Below, in pieces: positions 39,310 through 49,104 of a stretch of DNA of 64,000 bases. Made by a program: the position numbers and the translations under genes. The stretch's first letter is position 1. Each line of letters begins with the position of its first letter. The stretch is from Clostridia bacterium (GTDB taxonomy: Bacteria > Bacillota > Clostridia > Christensenellales > UBA1242), in contig JBAYMN010000001.1 in assembly GCA_041663585.1 (NCBI GenBank), positions 475 through 64,474 on the forward strand. The letters are read 5' to 3'. The notes below the pieces were generated by a model that worked only from the letters and a program-made list of their open reading frames with translations, made no database searches and was not told the origin of the DNA.

Positions 39310-41022
39310 ATGAAAGTTAAAAATAGTTTTTTTAGTACAATGAAGGAAGATTCTTCCAGTGAAGAATCAATCAGTGGTAATTTATTAACCCGAAGTGGTA
39401 TGATTAAAAAAAGTTCTGCCGGAGTATATATTTTACTTCCGCTAGGATTTAAAATTTCACAAAAAGTAGAAAAGATTATAAGGGAAGAAATGGAAGCAAT
39501 CGGCTGTCAAGAAGTGCTTATGCCAGCACTAATTCCCGAAGAAGTTTTTATTAAATCCGGTAGGCGCGATAATTTTGGAAGCGATATGTTTTCACTTAAA
39601 GACCGCAACGATAAACCTATGGTGTTAGGTCCTAGCCATGAAGAAATGTTTATTATGGTAGCTGCAATGGGAATAAAATCTTATAAAGATTTTCCTCTTA
39701 ACCTTTTTCAAATGCAGACTAAATTTAGAGATGAAACAAGACCTCGTTATGGACTAGTTAGACTAAAAGAATTTATTATGAAAGATGCATATTCATTTGA
39801 CCGTGATTTAGATGGGCTTTCTGTTTCTTATGACAATATGTACAAAGCATACACTAATATTTTTAACAGAATAGGACTGGATTTTACAGTTGTTAAGGCT
39901 GATACCGGAGTTATGGGTGGTTTTTTATCTGAGGAATTCCACGCTGTAACCGATATTGGTGAGGATACACTTGTTATTTGTGATGATTGTCATTATTCAA
40001 CAAATTTAGATGTTGCAGAATGCGCCTGCAAACTTAATCTATCTACCGAAATACATAAAGCCAAAAAACTAGAATTTACACCTAATTCTAAAACTATTGA
40101 AGAAGTTGCAACATTCTTTAATAGAAAGCCAGAAAATTTTGTAAAAACTCTTATTTATAAATGTGATGGTAATTTTTATGCGTTTTTAGTGCGTGGCGAC
40201 AAAGAACTTAACGAAATCAAAGTTAAACATTTATTAGATGTTAAGATTTGCGAACTTGCCTCTATAACTGATGTAGAAAAAATTACAAATGCTTCTGTCG
40301 GATTTGCCGGTCCTATCGGACTTAAAATTCCTATAATTGCTGATTTAGAAATTCAAAATATGGCTAACTTTATTGTCGGTGCTAATAAAACTGATTATCA
40401 TTTTGTAAATGTTAATTTAAGTGACTTTAAAGTACAACAATTTGCCGACATTCGTACGGTAGTTTCTACCGATGTTTGTCCAAAATGTGGATATAAATTT
40501 ACATTTAAAAAAGGCATTGAAGTAGGCAATATTTTTAAGTATGGTTCTAAATATTCCGATAGTATGGGATTATATTTTGTAGATGAAGATGGCAAACAAA
40601 AACCTTTTTCTATGGGTGCATATGGCATTGGTATAGAAAGGTGCATCGCCTCGTTTATTGAACAGCACCACGATGACAAGGGTATTATTTGGAAGCGTAG
40701 TTTGGCTCCTTATGAAGTGTGTATTGTTACCGCAAATGAAGCAAACGAAACACAATCCACACTTGGCGAAAACCTTTATAACTCGCTTATGTCCAAGGGG
40801 GTTGATGTGCTTTACGATAACCGCAACGAACGCATTGGTGTTAAACTTAACGATATGGATTTAATAGGTATACCAGTAAGAATTCTTGTAGGCAAAAGAG
40901 CGGGTGAAAACATTGTAGAAGTTAAATACCGAAAATCCCCAACAGTTATTGAATACAATTTAAATAATGGATTGGAAGAATTAATTAAAATAATTTTTAG
41001 TTCTGATGTGGCAATGTTATAA
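39310..41022 (+). CDS. proS: proline--tRNA ligase (bacterial type with INS editing domain)
   Basis: 570 aa. Class II motifs (FRDETRPRYGLVRLKEF, GAYGIGIERC), an inserted editing domain and a C-terminal anticodon-binding domain. Confidence 0.95.
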   Translation: MKVKNSFFSTMKEDSSSEESISGNLLTRSGMIKKSSAGVYILLPLGFKISQKVEKIIREEMEAIGCQEVLMPALIPEEVFIKSGRRDNFGSDMFSLKDRNDKPMVLGPSHEEMFIMVAAMGIKSYKDFPLNLFQMQTKFRDETRPRYGLVRLKEFIMKDAYSFDRDLDGLSVSYDNMYKAYTNIFNRIGLDFTVVKADTGVMGGFLSEEFHAVTDIGEDTLVICDDCHYSTNLDVAECACKLNLSTEIHKAKKLEFTPNSKTIEEVATFFNRKPENFVKTLIYKCDGNFYAFLVRGDKELNEIKVKHLLDVKICELASITDVEKITNASVGFAGPIGLKIPIIADLEIQNMANFIVGANKTDYHFVNVNLSDFKVQQFADIRTVVSTDVCPKCGYKFTFKKGIEVGNIFKYGSKYSDSMGLYFVDEDGKQKPFSMGAYGIGIERCIASFIEQHHDDKGIIWKRSLAPYEVCIVTANEANETQSTLGENLYNSLMSKGVDVLYDNRNERIGVKLNDMDLIGIPVRILVGKRAGENIVEVKYRKSPTVIEYNLNNGLEELIKIIFSSDVAML

Positions 41023-41237
41023 TAAATAATATAGTCTACTTATTATCATTATTAATTACAATGTTTGTATTCTTATCAAAATTTAAAAGGAAAATATATT
41101 TTTAATTGTGATTTAGTATTGACTTTACGATTTATTAATGCTAGTATTGCAATTGTGTATTTACCGTTTTAATTAATAGTGATGAGAATTACATAGTTCT
41201 CATCATTTTGTTTGATAATATATACGAGGGAGTTTTT

Positions 41238-43040
41238 ATGCTATTTAATAATTTAAATCTAACTGAAAATATTTTGGCTGTGCTTGCTGAAATGGGCTTT
41301 ATTGAGCCCACTGAAATTCAGGAAAAGTGCATTCCGTTAATATTAACCAAAAAAGATGTTGTTGGACTTTCTCAAACTGGCTCAGGAAAGACCTTTGCTT
41401 TTGGTTTGCCAATTATACAAAACATTGACAAAGAACTGGGCGGAGTTCAAGCACTTATTGTTAGCCCAACAAGGGAACTTGCACTTCAAACTACAAATGA
41501 ATTAAAAAAGTTTTCTTCTATTACAGGAGTTAAAGTTGTTGCTGTATATGGCGGTGCCGATATTAATAGACAAATTACTTCACTTAAAAAGGCAAATATT
41601 GTTGTTGGCACACCGGGCAGAATTATGGACCATCTTGATAGGCGAACGCTTAAACTGGGACTTATTAAAACTGTTGTCCTTGATGAAGCCGATGAAATGC
41701 TAAATATGGGATTTAGAGATGATATTGAAAAAATTTTAAAATCCGCTCCATCAATTAGACAAACTTTAATGTTTTCGGCTACTATGCCGCCAGAAATTAT
41801 GACAATAACTAAAAACTATATGATTGAGCCAGCAATTATCAGGTTGGCACAACGAGATGAACAAGGCAAAACCAATCAATATTATTTAAATGTTAAACGT
41901 GGCAAAAAAATGGAAGTTCTTGTTGATTTGTTGCACGAATTAAGGCCAAGATTATCATTAGTTTTTTGCAATACCAAAAGAATGGTTGATGATTTACAAG
42001 AAAGACTTGACCAAGAAAATTTTTTAGTTGCCGGATTACATGGAGATAAACGCCAATCAGAACGCAAACGTGTTATGGATGCATTTAAAAGTGGAGAGAA
42101 AAATGTGTTAATTGCAACTGATGTTGCAGCAAGGGGAATTGATGTTAAAGGTATTGAATGTGTGTTTAATTACGATTTACCATATGACATAGAGTACTAT
42201 ACTCATAGAATAGGCAGAACAGGTAGGGCTGGTGGCGAAGGCGACGCATATTCACTTGTAAGCGGAAGTGCGCAATATGAAAATTTAATGGATTTCGTTA
42301 AAAAACTCAATGCACCATTAAAAGAATATTCACCGAAGAATTTGGAAAATATTAGTAAAAAAGAGGGAAAAGAAATGGATTCATTTAAAGAAAAAAGAGA
42401 AGCACCAAAACCAGTAGATTTTGTGGGTAATTTTGTTTCTGCAACTAAAAAAACGGTAAGTGAAAAAGCAAAATCTACTCATTTAGAACTTACCACATTA
42501 GGTTATGATGATAAGCAAATTGCAGACATATTAATTGATATGTTGGCATCACAAAAAGCACCCATTGAAAGAACCGAGAGAAGTAGTTATCCTAGAAGAG
42601 AAAGTCACTTTGGCGACAGAAAGCCAAGCTTTAAAAGAGATGAAAGAAGAGATAGTAATTTTAGTGATGCCCGCAGACCTAGCTTTCAAAGAGATGAAAA
42701 AAGTAGCAGTTATTTAGGTAGAAAGCCAAGTTTTAACAGAGATGAAAAAAGTGGTGGGTACGCAGACAGAAAGCCGAGTTTTAACAGAGAAAGAAATGAA
42801 AACACTTTTGATAAAAGGGATCGTGAAGAAATAATTCATACAAGTGGAAGAAAACCTTTTTCAGATAGGTCTTATGAAAAAAAAGCACCAAGAAGTTTTG
42901 AGCATAATTCAGTAGATGGTGGCGAAAGAAAAACCGAATATAGAGGTCGTTCTAATTTTGGAAGTAAACCTTTTTCAGATAGAAACCGCACATCACACAC
43001 TTACAGTGATAGAAAACCAAGACCAACTACCGGAGAATAG
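41238..43040 (+). CDS. DEAD-box ATP-dependent RNA helicase with repetitive basic C-terminal tail
   Basis: ATG at 41238 after a GAGGGA RBS. Motifs PTEIQ, SQTGSGKT, DEAD, SAT, HRIGRTGRAG. The tail has 4 x RKPSF(K/N)R(D/E) repeats. Confidence 0.9.
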   Translation: MLFNNLNLTENILAVLAEMGFIEPTEIQEKCIPLILTKKDVVGLSQTGSGKTFAFGLPIIQNIDKELGGVQALIVSPTRELALQTTNELKKFSSITGVKVVAVYGGADINRQITSLKKANIVVGTPGRIMDHLDRRTLKLGLIKTVVLDEADEMLNMGFRDDIEKILKSAPSIRQTLMFSATMPPEIMTITKNYMIEPAIIRLAQRDEQGKTNQYYLNVKRGKKMEVLVDLLHELRPRLSLVFCNTKRMVDDLQERLDQENFLVAGLHGDKRQSERKRVMDAFKSGEKNVLIATDVAARGIDVKGIECVFNYDLPYDIEYYTHRIGRTGRAGGEGDAYSLVSGSAQYENLMDFVKKLNAPLKEYSPKNLENISKKEGKEMDSFKEKREAPKPVDFVGNFVSATKKTVSEKAKSTHLELTTLGYDDKQIADILIDMLASQKAPIERTERSSYPRRESHFGDRKPSFKRDERRDSNFSDARRPSFQRDEKSSSYLGRKPSFNRDEKSGGYADRKPSFNRERNENTFDKRDREEIIHTSGRKPFSDRSYEKKAPRSFEHNSVDGGERKTEYRGRSNFGSKPFSDRNRTSHTYSDRKPRPTTGE

Positions 43041-43145
43041 TATGTTATACTTTGTTTAATATACAAGCGTAACTTATAATCGCTATTTTTCTTTAAAACT
43101 AATATGGTAAATGACTATAAATTTAAATACAAATATCTAATATTG

Positions 43146-43177
43146 GAAAAAACTTATCAAATCTGATAAGTCTTTTT
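43146..43177 (+). terminator. intrinsic terminator after the helicase gene
   Basis: AAAAAACTTATCA-AATC-TGATAAGT followed by CTTTTT. Confidence 0.65.
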
Positions 43178-43238
43178 GTAAGCAAAACGATGCCCTTTTC
43201 ATATATATTATTAAATTTATATTAAAAGAGAGCATTTA

Positions 43239-44177
43239 ATGGCAAAAATTTATTCTAGTTTAACAGAATTAATAGGAAACACACCACTATTAGAAATTAA
43301 AAATTATAACAAAAAGAACAATTTAAAAGCAAAAATTATTTGTAAGATTGAGTACTTTAACCCAACAGGTAGTATTAAAGATAGGATAGCAAAATCAATG
43401 ATTTTAGATGCTGAAAAAAGTGGACTGCTAGACAAAAATTCTATTATCGTAGAGCCGACAAGCGGAAATACTGGAATTGGACTTGTGGCAGTTGCTGCCA
43501 CAAAAAACTATAAAGTAATACTTACAATGCCTGATACTATGAGTATTGAAAGACAAAAACTTTTAAAAGCCTATGGCGCCGAAATTGTACTTACCGAAGG
43601 TCATAAAGGTATTAAAGGTGCAATCGAAAAAGCAAAAGAAATAGTCAGTTTAACATCAAATGCAATTATGCTTAATCAATTTGCTAATCTTTCAAATCCT
43701 AAGATTCATAGACTTACCACAGGACCTGAAATTTGGAGTGATACAAAAGGGAAATTAGATTTTTTTATTTCGGGTGTTGGAACTGGTGGCACAATAACCG
43801 GTTCGGGCGAATTTTTAAAAAGTAAAAGTGAAAATATTAAAGTAATAGCAGTAGAGCCTTACGACTCGCCAGTACTTTCGGAAAACAGAGCGGGGGCACA
43901 TAAATTACAGGGTATTGGAGCAGGCTTTGTTCCCGAAATTTTAAATACAAAAATATATGATGATATTGTAAAAGTACAAACCGAAGATGCTTATAGCGCT
44001 AGTAGACAATTAGCAAAAACAGAAGGCATTTTAGCAGGTATATCTTCTGGTGCAGCACTTTATGCGGCAACCATTATTGCAAAAAGAGATGAAAATAAAG
44101 GCAAAATTATTGTAGTAATTTTGCCCGATAGTGGCGATAGATATTTATCTACTGAATTATTTAGTACTATCAAATAA
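43239..44177 (+). CDS. cysK: cysteine synthase A (O-acetylserine sulfhydrylase)
   Basis: 312 aa. PLP-lysine NPTGSIKDR, PTSGNTGIGLA, GVGTGGTITG. Confidence 0.9.
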   Translation: MAKIYSSLTELIGNTPLLEIKNYNKKNNLKAKIICKIEYFNPTGSIKDRIAKSMILDAEKSGLLDKNSIIVEPTSGNTGIGLVAVAATKNYKVILTMPDTMSIERQKLLKAYGAEIVLTEGHKGIKGAIEKAKEIVSLTSNAIMLNQFANLSNPKIHRLTTGPEIWSDTKGKLDFFISGVGTGGTITGSGEFLKSKSENIKVIAVEPYDSPVLSENRAGAHKLQGIGAGFVPEILNTKIYDDIVKVQTEDAYSASRQLAKTEGILAGISSGAALYAATIIAKRDENKGKIIVVILPDSGDRYLSTELFSTIK

Positions 44178-44208
44178 AGTGTACTATGTTGCTCACTTTT
44201 ATAATTTA

Positions 44209-44373
44209 GAACACGCAAAGTAGTTTAAATATAAAGATTTTTAAATGATTTAGCCCTAAACAGGTTCCGACGCGTATCAATACGCTAGGTGGTTCTGCTT
44301 GGGGCTAAGGCGTTAAAAAGATTATATTTAAACGGCGCCTAGTTCCGCTTTTCCGGTAGGAAAGCGGAATAAA
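44209..44373 (+). repeat. structured intergenic repeat carrying a ~97-nt nested insert
   Basis: GAACACGCAAAGTAGTTTAAA-[44230-44326 insert]-TTTAAACGGCGCC-TAG-TTCCGCTTT-T-CC-GGTA-GG-AAAGCGGAA. TTTAAA is present on both sides of the insert. The hairpin overlaps the folD 3' end. Confidence 0.75.
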
Positions 44374-45205
44374 TTTCTGCCGCTTCTACGGCTTGCGAAA
44401 TTAGCGATGAAATAGTCATAGGTCCTACACCACCAGGAACGGGAGTATAAGCTGAGCAAATGCTAAGAGCGTGATTATCAAGTTCTATATCACCAACATT
44501 ATTTTGGTTATAACCGCAGTCTATCAAAATCACATTAGGTTTTAACCATGCTGACTTAATTAAATTTGCTTTTCCGACTGCCGCAACTAATATATCTGCT
44601 TGTCTTACATATTGCTCTAAATTAATTGTTTTACGATGGCAAATTGTTACAGTTGCATTCTCTTGTAATAAAAGCATTGCAGTGGGTTTGCCTAATATTG
44701 CACTTCTGCCTACAATTACAGCGTGCTTGCCTTCAATTATAATATTATAGTGTTTCAAAAGTGTTATAATTCCTAACGGGGTGGCACATTTAAATGCAGG
44801 GTAACCGTTTGTCATATTTCCAAAAGAAGTTGCACTTACGCCATCAACATCTTTATTAAGTGCAATCTCGTTAAAACAGAGTTGCTCATCTATATGAAGT
44901 GGCGTTGGGTGTTGTAATAGTATGCCACATATTTTTGAATCTGCATTCAATTCGCGTATTTTATTAACCAATTTTTCGGTTGTAGTGTTTTTTGATAAAT
45001 TTACTGTTACAGAATTTAAACCCACCCTTGCACACGCCTTTGATTTCATTTTTACATAAGTTTTAGAAGCAGGGTCTTCGCCTACTATAATTGCCGCAAG
45101 GACGGGAGTATAGTTATATTTTTGTTTTAAAACATTAACCCGTTTTAAAAGTTGTAATTCAATTTCTGATGCTAGTTTTTTTCCATCTAATCTTATTGCT
45201 TCCAT
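44339..45205 (-). CDS. folD: bifunctional methylenetetrahydrofolate dehydrogenase / methenyltetrahydrofolate cyclohydrolase
   Basis: 288 aa. Typical FolD blocks (YVKMKSKAC, VVGRSAILGKP, TPVPGGVGPMT). The last 12 codons and the stop lie within the repeat hairpin. Confidence 0.93.
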   Translation of the reverse strand: MEAIRLDGKKLASEIELQLLKRVNVLKQKYNYTPVLAAIIVGEDPASKTYVKMKSKACARVGLNSVTVNLSKNTTTEKLVNKIRELNADSKICGILLQHPTPLHIDEQLCFNEIALNKDVDGVSATSFGNMTNGYPAFKCATPLGIITLLKHYNIIIEGKHAVIVGRSAILGKPTAMLLLQENATVTICHRKTINLEQYVRQADILVAAVGKANLIKSAWLKPNVILIDCGYNQNNVGDIELDNHALSICSAYTPVPGGVGPMTISSLISQAVEAAEIYSAFLPEKRN

Positions 45206-45295
45206 TCTTACTCCATAAAATATTCATTATGTTATTATAACACAATCACATATGCATTTGACAAGGATTTTTGATACTTTACTTTAAAAGATAAT

Positions 45296-45326
45296 AAAAA
45301 AACTTACCATTACAGTAAGTTTTTTT
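45296..45326. terminator. bidirectional terminator hairpin 3' of tRNA-Pro(AGG)
   Basis: AAAAAAACTTAC-CATTACA-GTAAGTTTTTTT. Confidence 0.65.
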
Positions 45327-45328
45327 AT

Positions 45329-45403
45329 TGGTCGGGATGACAAGGTTTGAACTTGCGACCTCACAGTCCCTAACCGTGCGCGCTACCACTGCGCTACACC
45401 CCG
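45329..45403 (-). tRNA. tRNA-Pro (anticodon AGG)
   Basis: The reverse complement folds as a cloverleaf nearly identical to the other two tRNA-Pro genes. The anticodon loop is TTAGGGA (A at position 34). CCA is encoded. Confidence 0.85.
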
Positions 45404-45618
45404 ACACTCTGTTTAAAATAATAAACTAATTTTGGTAAATTGTCAACAGTAAATTTGTAATTATCGTTTTATAAAATTCTATTAATTGTATCGTTTTTTA
45501 TAAATTAAATAGTAAAAAATACATTTTTTATTAATTTTTTTGAATTAAATACTATTTTTGTATACAAAAAAAATTTAAAGTGTTATAGTAAGTATATAGT
45601 TATATTTGGAGATATATT

Positions 45619-46476
45619 ATGGAAACTGCATTTAGTGTTATTGATTTGGAATTTACATATCCAAAGGCAAAAAACCAAGTAATAAATGGAATAAGTTTTG
45701 ATGTTTGTGAAGGTGAGATTTTTGGGCTTTTAGGTCCGAGTGGTGCTGGTAAATCAACCGTTCAAAAAATTTTAACAAAACTATTAACTGATTATGATGG
45801 CAGAATATCTTATTTTGGCGAAGATCTTAAATCACTTAGTAAAGAGTTTTATGAATATATTGGCGTTGGTTTTGAATTGCCTGTTTCGTTTGGTAAACTT
45901 ACAGCAATTGAAAATTTAAAATTTTTCTCATCGTTATACAAAAATCAAGTAGATTATAACGAACTGCTTAAACGCGTTGATTTGTATTCTGACCGAAATA
46001 AAAAAGTGTGTGAATTTTCAAAAGGTATGAAAATGCGACTTAATTTTGTTAGGGCACTTCTTAATAACCCTAAAATTTTATTTTTAGATGAAGTTACAAA
46101 TGGGCTTGACCCAAAAAATTCTAAAATTATTAAGGATATGATTTTAGAATTTAAAGAAAATGGTGGTACGGTATTTTTAACTACACATTTGATGGGCGAT
46201 GTGGAACAACTATGCGATAGAGTTGCATTTTTAGTTGATGGAAGGATTGCCGAAATTTCTACTCCAAGAGAACTTAAACAAAAATATGGAAGGCGCGAAT
46301 TGATTGTAGAATATAAAGAGGATAAAAATATTAAATCACAAACTTTTGATATGAATAAGTTGGGCGACAATCAGTCATTTTTAACACTTTTAAAAGAAAA
46401 ACATATAGAAACTTTACATAGTGGCGAAACTTCTCTTGAAGATATATTTATTATTGTAGCAGGTATGGGACTATGA
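45619..46476 (+). CDS. ABC transporter ATP-binding protein (ABC-2 exporter type)
   Basis: 285 aa. Walker A GPSGAGKST, signature-like FSKGMKMR, Walker B LFLDEVTNGLD. Confidence 0.9.
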   Translation: METAFSVIDLEFTYPKAKNQVINGISFDVCEGEIFGLLGPSGAGKSTVQKILTKLLTDYDGRISYFGEDLKSLSKEFYEYIGVGFELPVSFGKLTAIENLKFFSSLYKNQVDYNELLKRVDLYSDRNKKVCEFSKGMKMRLNFVRALLNNPKILFLDEVTNGLDPKNSKIIKDMILEFKENGGTVFLTTHLMGDVEQLCDRVAFLVDGRIAEISTPRELKQKYGRRELIVEYKEDKNIKSQTFDMNKLGDNQSFLTLLKEKHIETLHSGETSLEDIFIIVAGMGL

Positions 46477-47186
46477 GAAATTTAGGAAAACTTATTAGTG
46501 GCGAAATTGAACGCGCTACAAAATATAAAATTCTTACGGTTGGTGTCGGCGTGTCTTTGCTTTGGTGCATTATAATTGCCGCTATTCCGCTTAACGATGT
46601 AAAACAAATTGTACCGTTAATTGTTTTTACTGACAGTGCAATAATGTCTGCAATTTTAATTTCGGCCTCATTGTTTTTTGAACGAAATGAAGGCACTTTA
46701 AGCACATTAGCCATTGCACCGTGTTCGGTGCTGGAAATATTATTATCTAAAATTATAATGTCTGTTGTTGTTGCTCTTTTATCAACCGCAATAATATTTG
46801 TCAGCGTTGCTATTTTTCACGGGACACTAATTAATTTTATGCTAGTTCCTTATGTAATTTTAGTCGCAACACTTAACAGTATTATTGGGGTTTTAATTTC
46901 GTTACATAGCCGAGATTTTAACAGTATGCTTGTTAATTTTTCAATTTTTGTTATTTTACTAGACTTACCAGCAGTGCTTGCAAGTGTTGGATTACTTCCA
47001 AATTGGATTGAATTAATTACAATTATTCTTCCATCACAAGCCTCACAGATACTTATTACAAGCACACTTGTCAGTACCGAACTTTATCAGGTCTTAATAT
47101 CACTTGGAGTAGTTGTATTATGGTCTGTATTACTACTAATATTAGCGGTGTACCCAAAATTTAAAGAATATATGGTTAAAGGTTAA
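46473..47186 (+). CDS. ABC-2 type transporter permease
   Basis: 237 aa, about 6 TM helices. Its start overlaps the ATPase stop (ATGA). Confidence 0.7.
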   Translation: MRNLGKLISGEIERATKYKILTVGVGVSLLWCIIIAAIPLNDVKQIVPLIVFTDSAIMSAILISASLFFERNEGTLSTLAIAPCSVLEILLSKIIMSVVVALLSTAIIFVSVAIFHGTLINFMLVPYVILVATLNSIIGVLISLHSRDFNSMLVNFSIFVILLDLPAVLASVGLLPNWIELITIILPSQASQILITSTLVSTELYQVLISLGVVVLWSVLLLILAVYPKFKEYMVKG

Positions 47187-47188
47187 TT

Positions 47189-47980
47189 ATGCGTATCTAT
47201 TTATCACTTTTAAAATTTGAAATTAAAAATATATTAAGGGATAAAATGACCTTCATTATGCTTATCTATCCCATAATTATGCTACTTGCAACTACAATTT
47301 TATTGCCAGCACTTTTAGAAGATATTGAAAGTGCTACATCATTAAAAAGTACTATTGTAGTAATAATAATTGTTTTTGCAGGATTAGGTGCTTTTATTGG
47401 CGGGGCATTGCTTGCCTTTTTGCTATTAGATCATAAAGATGAACATATTTTTGATTCTATTAGCGTTACAAGCGTTTCGGTTTCTGGTTATATTAAATTT
47501 AAAATGGTATATGTTTATATACTGTCTGTAATATCTACACTTGTTTTAATTTGGGGTACCCAAATTTTTGCGGGTGAACAGTATATAGTTAATGTTGGCG
47601 GAGTTATATTTAATCCGTTTAGCGGACTAACAGCATTGAAAACGATTATGTACGCAATAGTTATGAATTTGTATATGCCTGTTTTAGGATTATTTATTGC
47701 GACCAAAGCAAAGAATAAAATAGAGGGTTTTGCATACTTAAAAGCGAGTGCATTGTTAGTGGCTGTACCTGTTCTTTTACTTGTCGCTCCATTTAGATTA
47801 GGTTGGCAATATTTTTTGGGTGTATTACCAAATTTTTGGGCATCAAAAGCATTATTAACAGCAGTTTATCCTTCACTTTCCGATGGTTTTCCTTTTATTG
47901 TTGCAATTCTTATTGGGGCTATTTATAATATCGTTCTTATAAGATTATTGTATAAAAATTTTTTAAAATCTATTCAGTAA
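47189..47980 (+). CDS. ABC-2 type transporter permease (second subunit)
   Basis: 263 aa polytopic membrane protein, tightly coupled to the previous gene. Confidence 0.65.
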   Translation: MRIYLSLLKFEIKNILRDKMTFIMLIYPIIMLLATTILLPALLEDIESATSLKSTIVVIIIVFAGLGAFIGGALLAFLLLDHKDEHIFDSISVTSVSVSGYIKFKMVYVYILSVISTLVLIWGTQIFAGEQYIVNVGGVIFNPFSGLTALKTIMYAIVMNLYMPVLGLFIATKAKNKIEGFAYLKASALLVAVPVLLLVAPFRLGWQYFLGVLPNFWASKALLTAVYPSLSDGFPFIVAILIGAIYNIVLIRLLYKNFLKSIQ

Positions 47981-48077
47981 ATTTTTACAGGTATATAAAA
48001 TATAAAAGTTAGAAATAATTTTAGTATACAGTAATGTATATTTTTTATTACTGTAAATTTTATTTAAGGAAATTTAT

Positions 48078-48986
48078 ATGAAAAGATTTTTGTTATTAAC
48101 TTTGGTTTTATTATTAGTTGTTGCCATAGGCTATTTTGCAATTCCAATGATTGTAAATGCAGAAAGTTATGTTGTTATAGATATAAACCCTAGCATAGAA
48201 TTTGTAATTAATCGTAATGGTATAGTAACTAATGTTAATTCATTAAATGAGGAAGGAGAAATTATAATTCAAGGCGAAACATTTGTTGATATGACCATTG
48301 AAGATGCAACTGAAAAAGTTATAGAACTAGCACTTGCTTTGGGATATTTAGACCCAAATGCTACCGAAACCGATCCAAACGCATTAATGGTAACCGCTTA
48401 TAATGGAAGTATAATTACTAAAAATAGAATAAGGAGTCGTGTAGAAAATAGACTGAACAACTATTTTTCCGAAAATGGTATTTGGGGCGTGGTATTAAGT
48501 GCAGAAGATATTGAAGACATTATGGTAGAAGCCGAATCATATAATTTAAGCGTCGGTAAGTATAGACTGATTAAGTCAATACAAAATGCCACTAGTGAAT
48601 ACACATTTACAGTTCTTGCATCTATGACAGTTGAAGAACTTATGAATCTTGTACAGTCTAAGGTGTCGCTTGCTGATGAACGAACAGCAATTATTGACCG
48701 CATTACTATACTTGAAGCAATTGAAACGCCAACTGAGGCTGAATCAACCGAATTATTGATAATTACCGCTAGACTTTCTGAAATAGATGCACTTATTGCT
48801 CAGGCAGAAGTCGATAAAGCGACTTTACAAGAAGATATTGTCGCTTTTAAAGAAGCAAGAAAACAATTTAAAAATGCGGTTAAAGCGTCATTTAAAAATC
48901 TATTTAATGGATTATCTGATGCCGAACAAGAGCAAATTAAACAAGTGTTATACAACAGATTTAACAATATTGATGCAGTTGCATAA
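48078..48986 (+). CDS. signal-anchored hypothetical protein with C-terminal coiled coil
   Basis: 302 aa. N-terminal hydrophobic anchor. The VVIDINPSIEFVIN pattern recalls extracytoplasmic domains of clostridial anti-sigma-type proteins (recollection only, low confidence). Helical Ala/Glu-rich C-terminus. Confidence 0.5.
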   Translation: MKRFLLLTLVLLLVVAIGYFAIPMIVNAESYVVIDINPSIEFVINRNGIVTNVNSLNEEGEIIIQGETFVDMTIEDATEKVIELALALGYLDPNATETDPNALMVTAYNGSIITKNRIRSRVENRLNNYFSENGIWGVVLSAEDIEDIMVEAESYNLSVGKYRLIKSIQNATSEYTFTVLASMTVEELMNLVQSKVSLADERTAIIDRITILEAIETPTEAESTELLIITARLSEIDALIAQAEVDKATLQEDIVAFKEARKQFKNAVKASFKNLFNGLSDAEQEQIKQVLYNRFNNIDAVA

Positions 48987-49017
48987 AATTTAAGCATAAT
49001 TAATGCGCAAAAATTAT

Positions 49018-49046
49018 AAAAAGCAAGGATTTAATCTTTGCTTTTT
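49018..49046 (+). terminator. intrinsic terminator
   Basis: AAAAAGCAAGGAT-TTA-ATCTTTGCTTTTT. Confidence 0.7.
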
Positions 49047-49104
49047 AATTATAAAATTTTAACAATTAAATATTTAAAAACATACATATTTTAGAGGTGT
49101 TTTT

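Noticed and set aside
44258-44300. Whether the oriented hairpins at gene 3' ends could be integron attC sites.
   Set aside because: The flanking genes are core housekeeping genes with their own promoters. There is no intI. The GTT-CTG motif does not fit the GTTRRRY core site.
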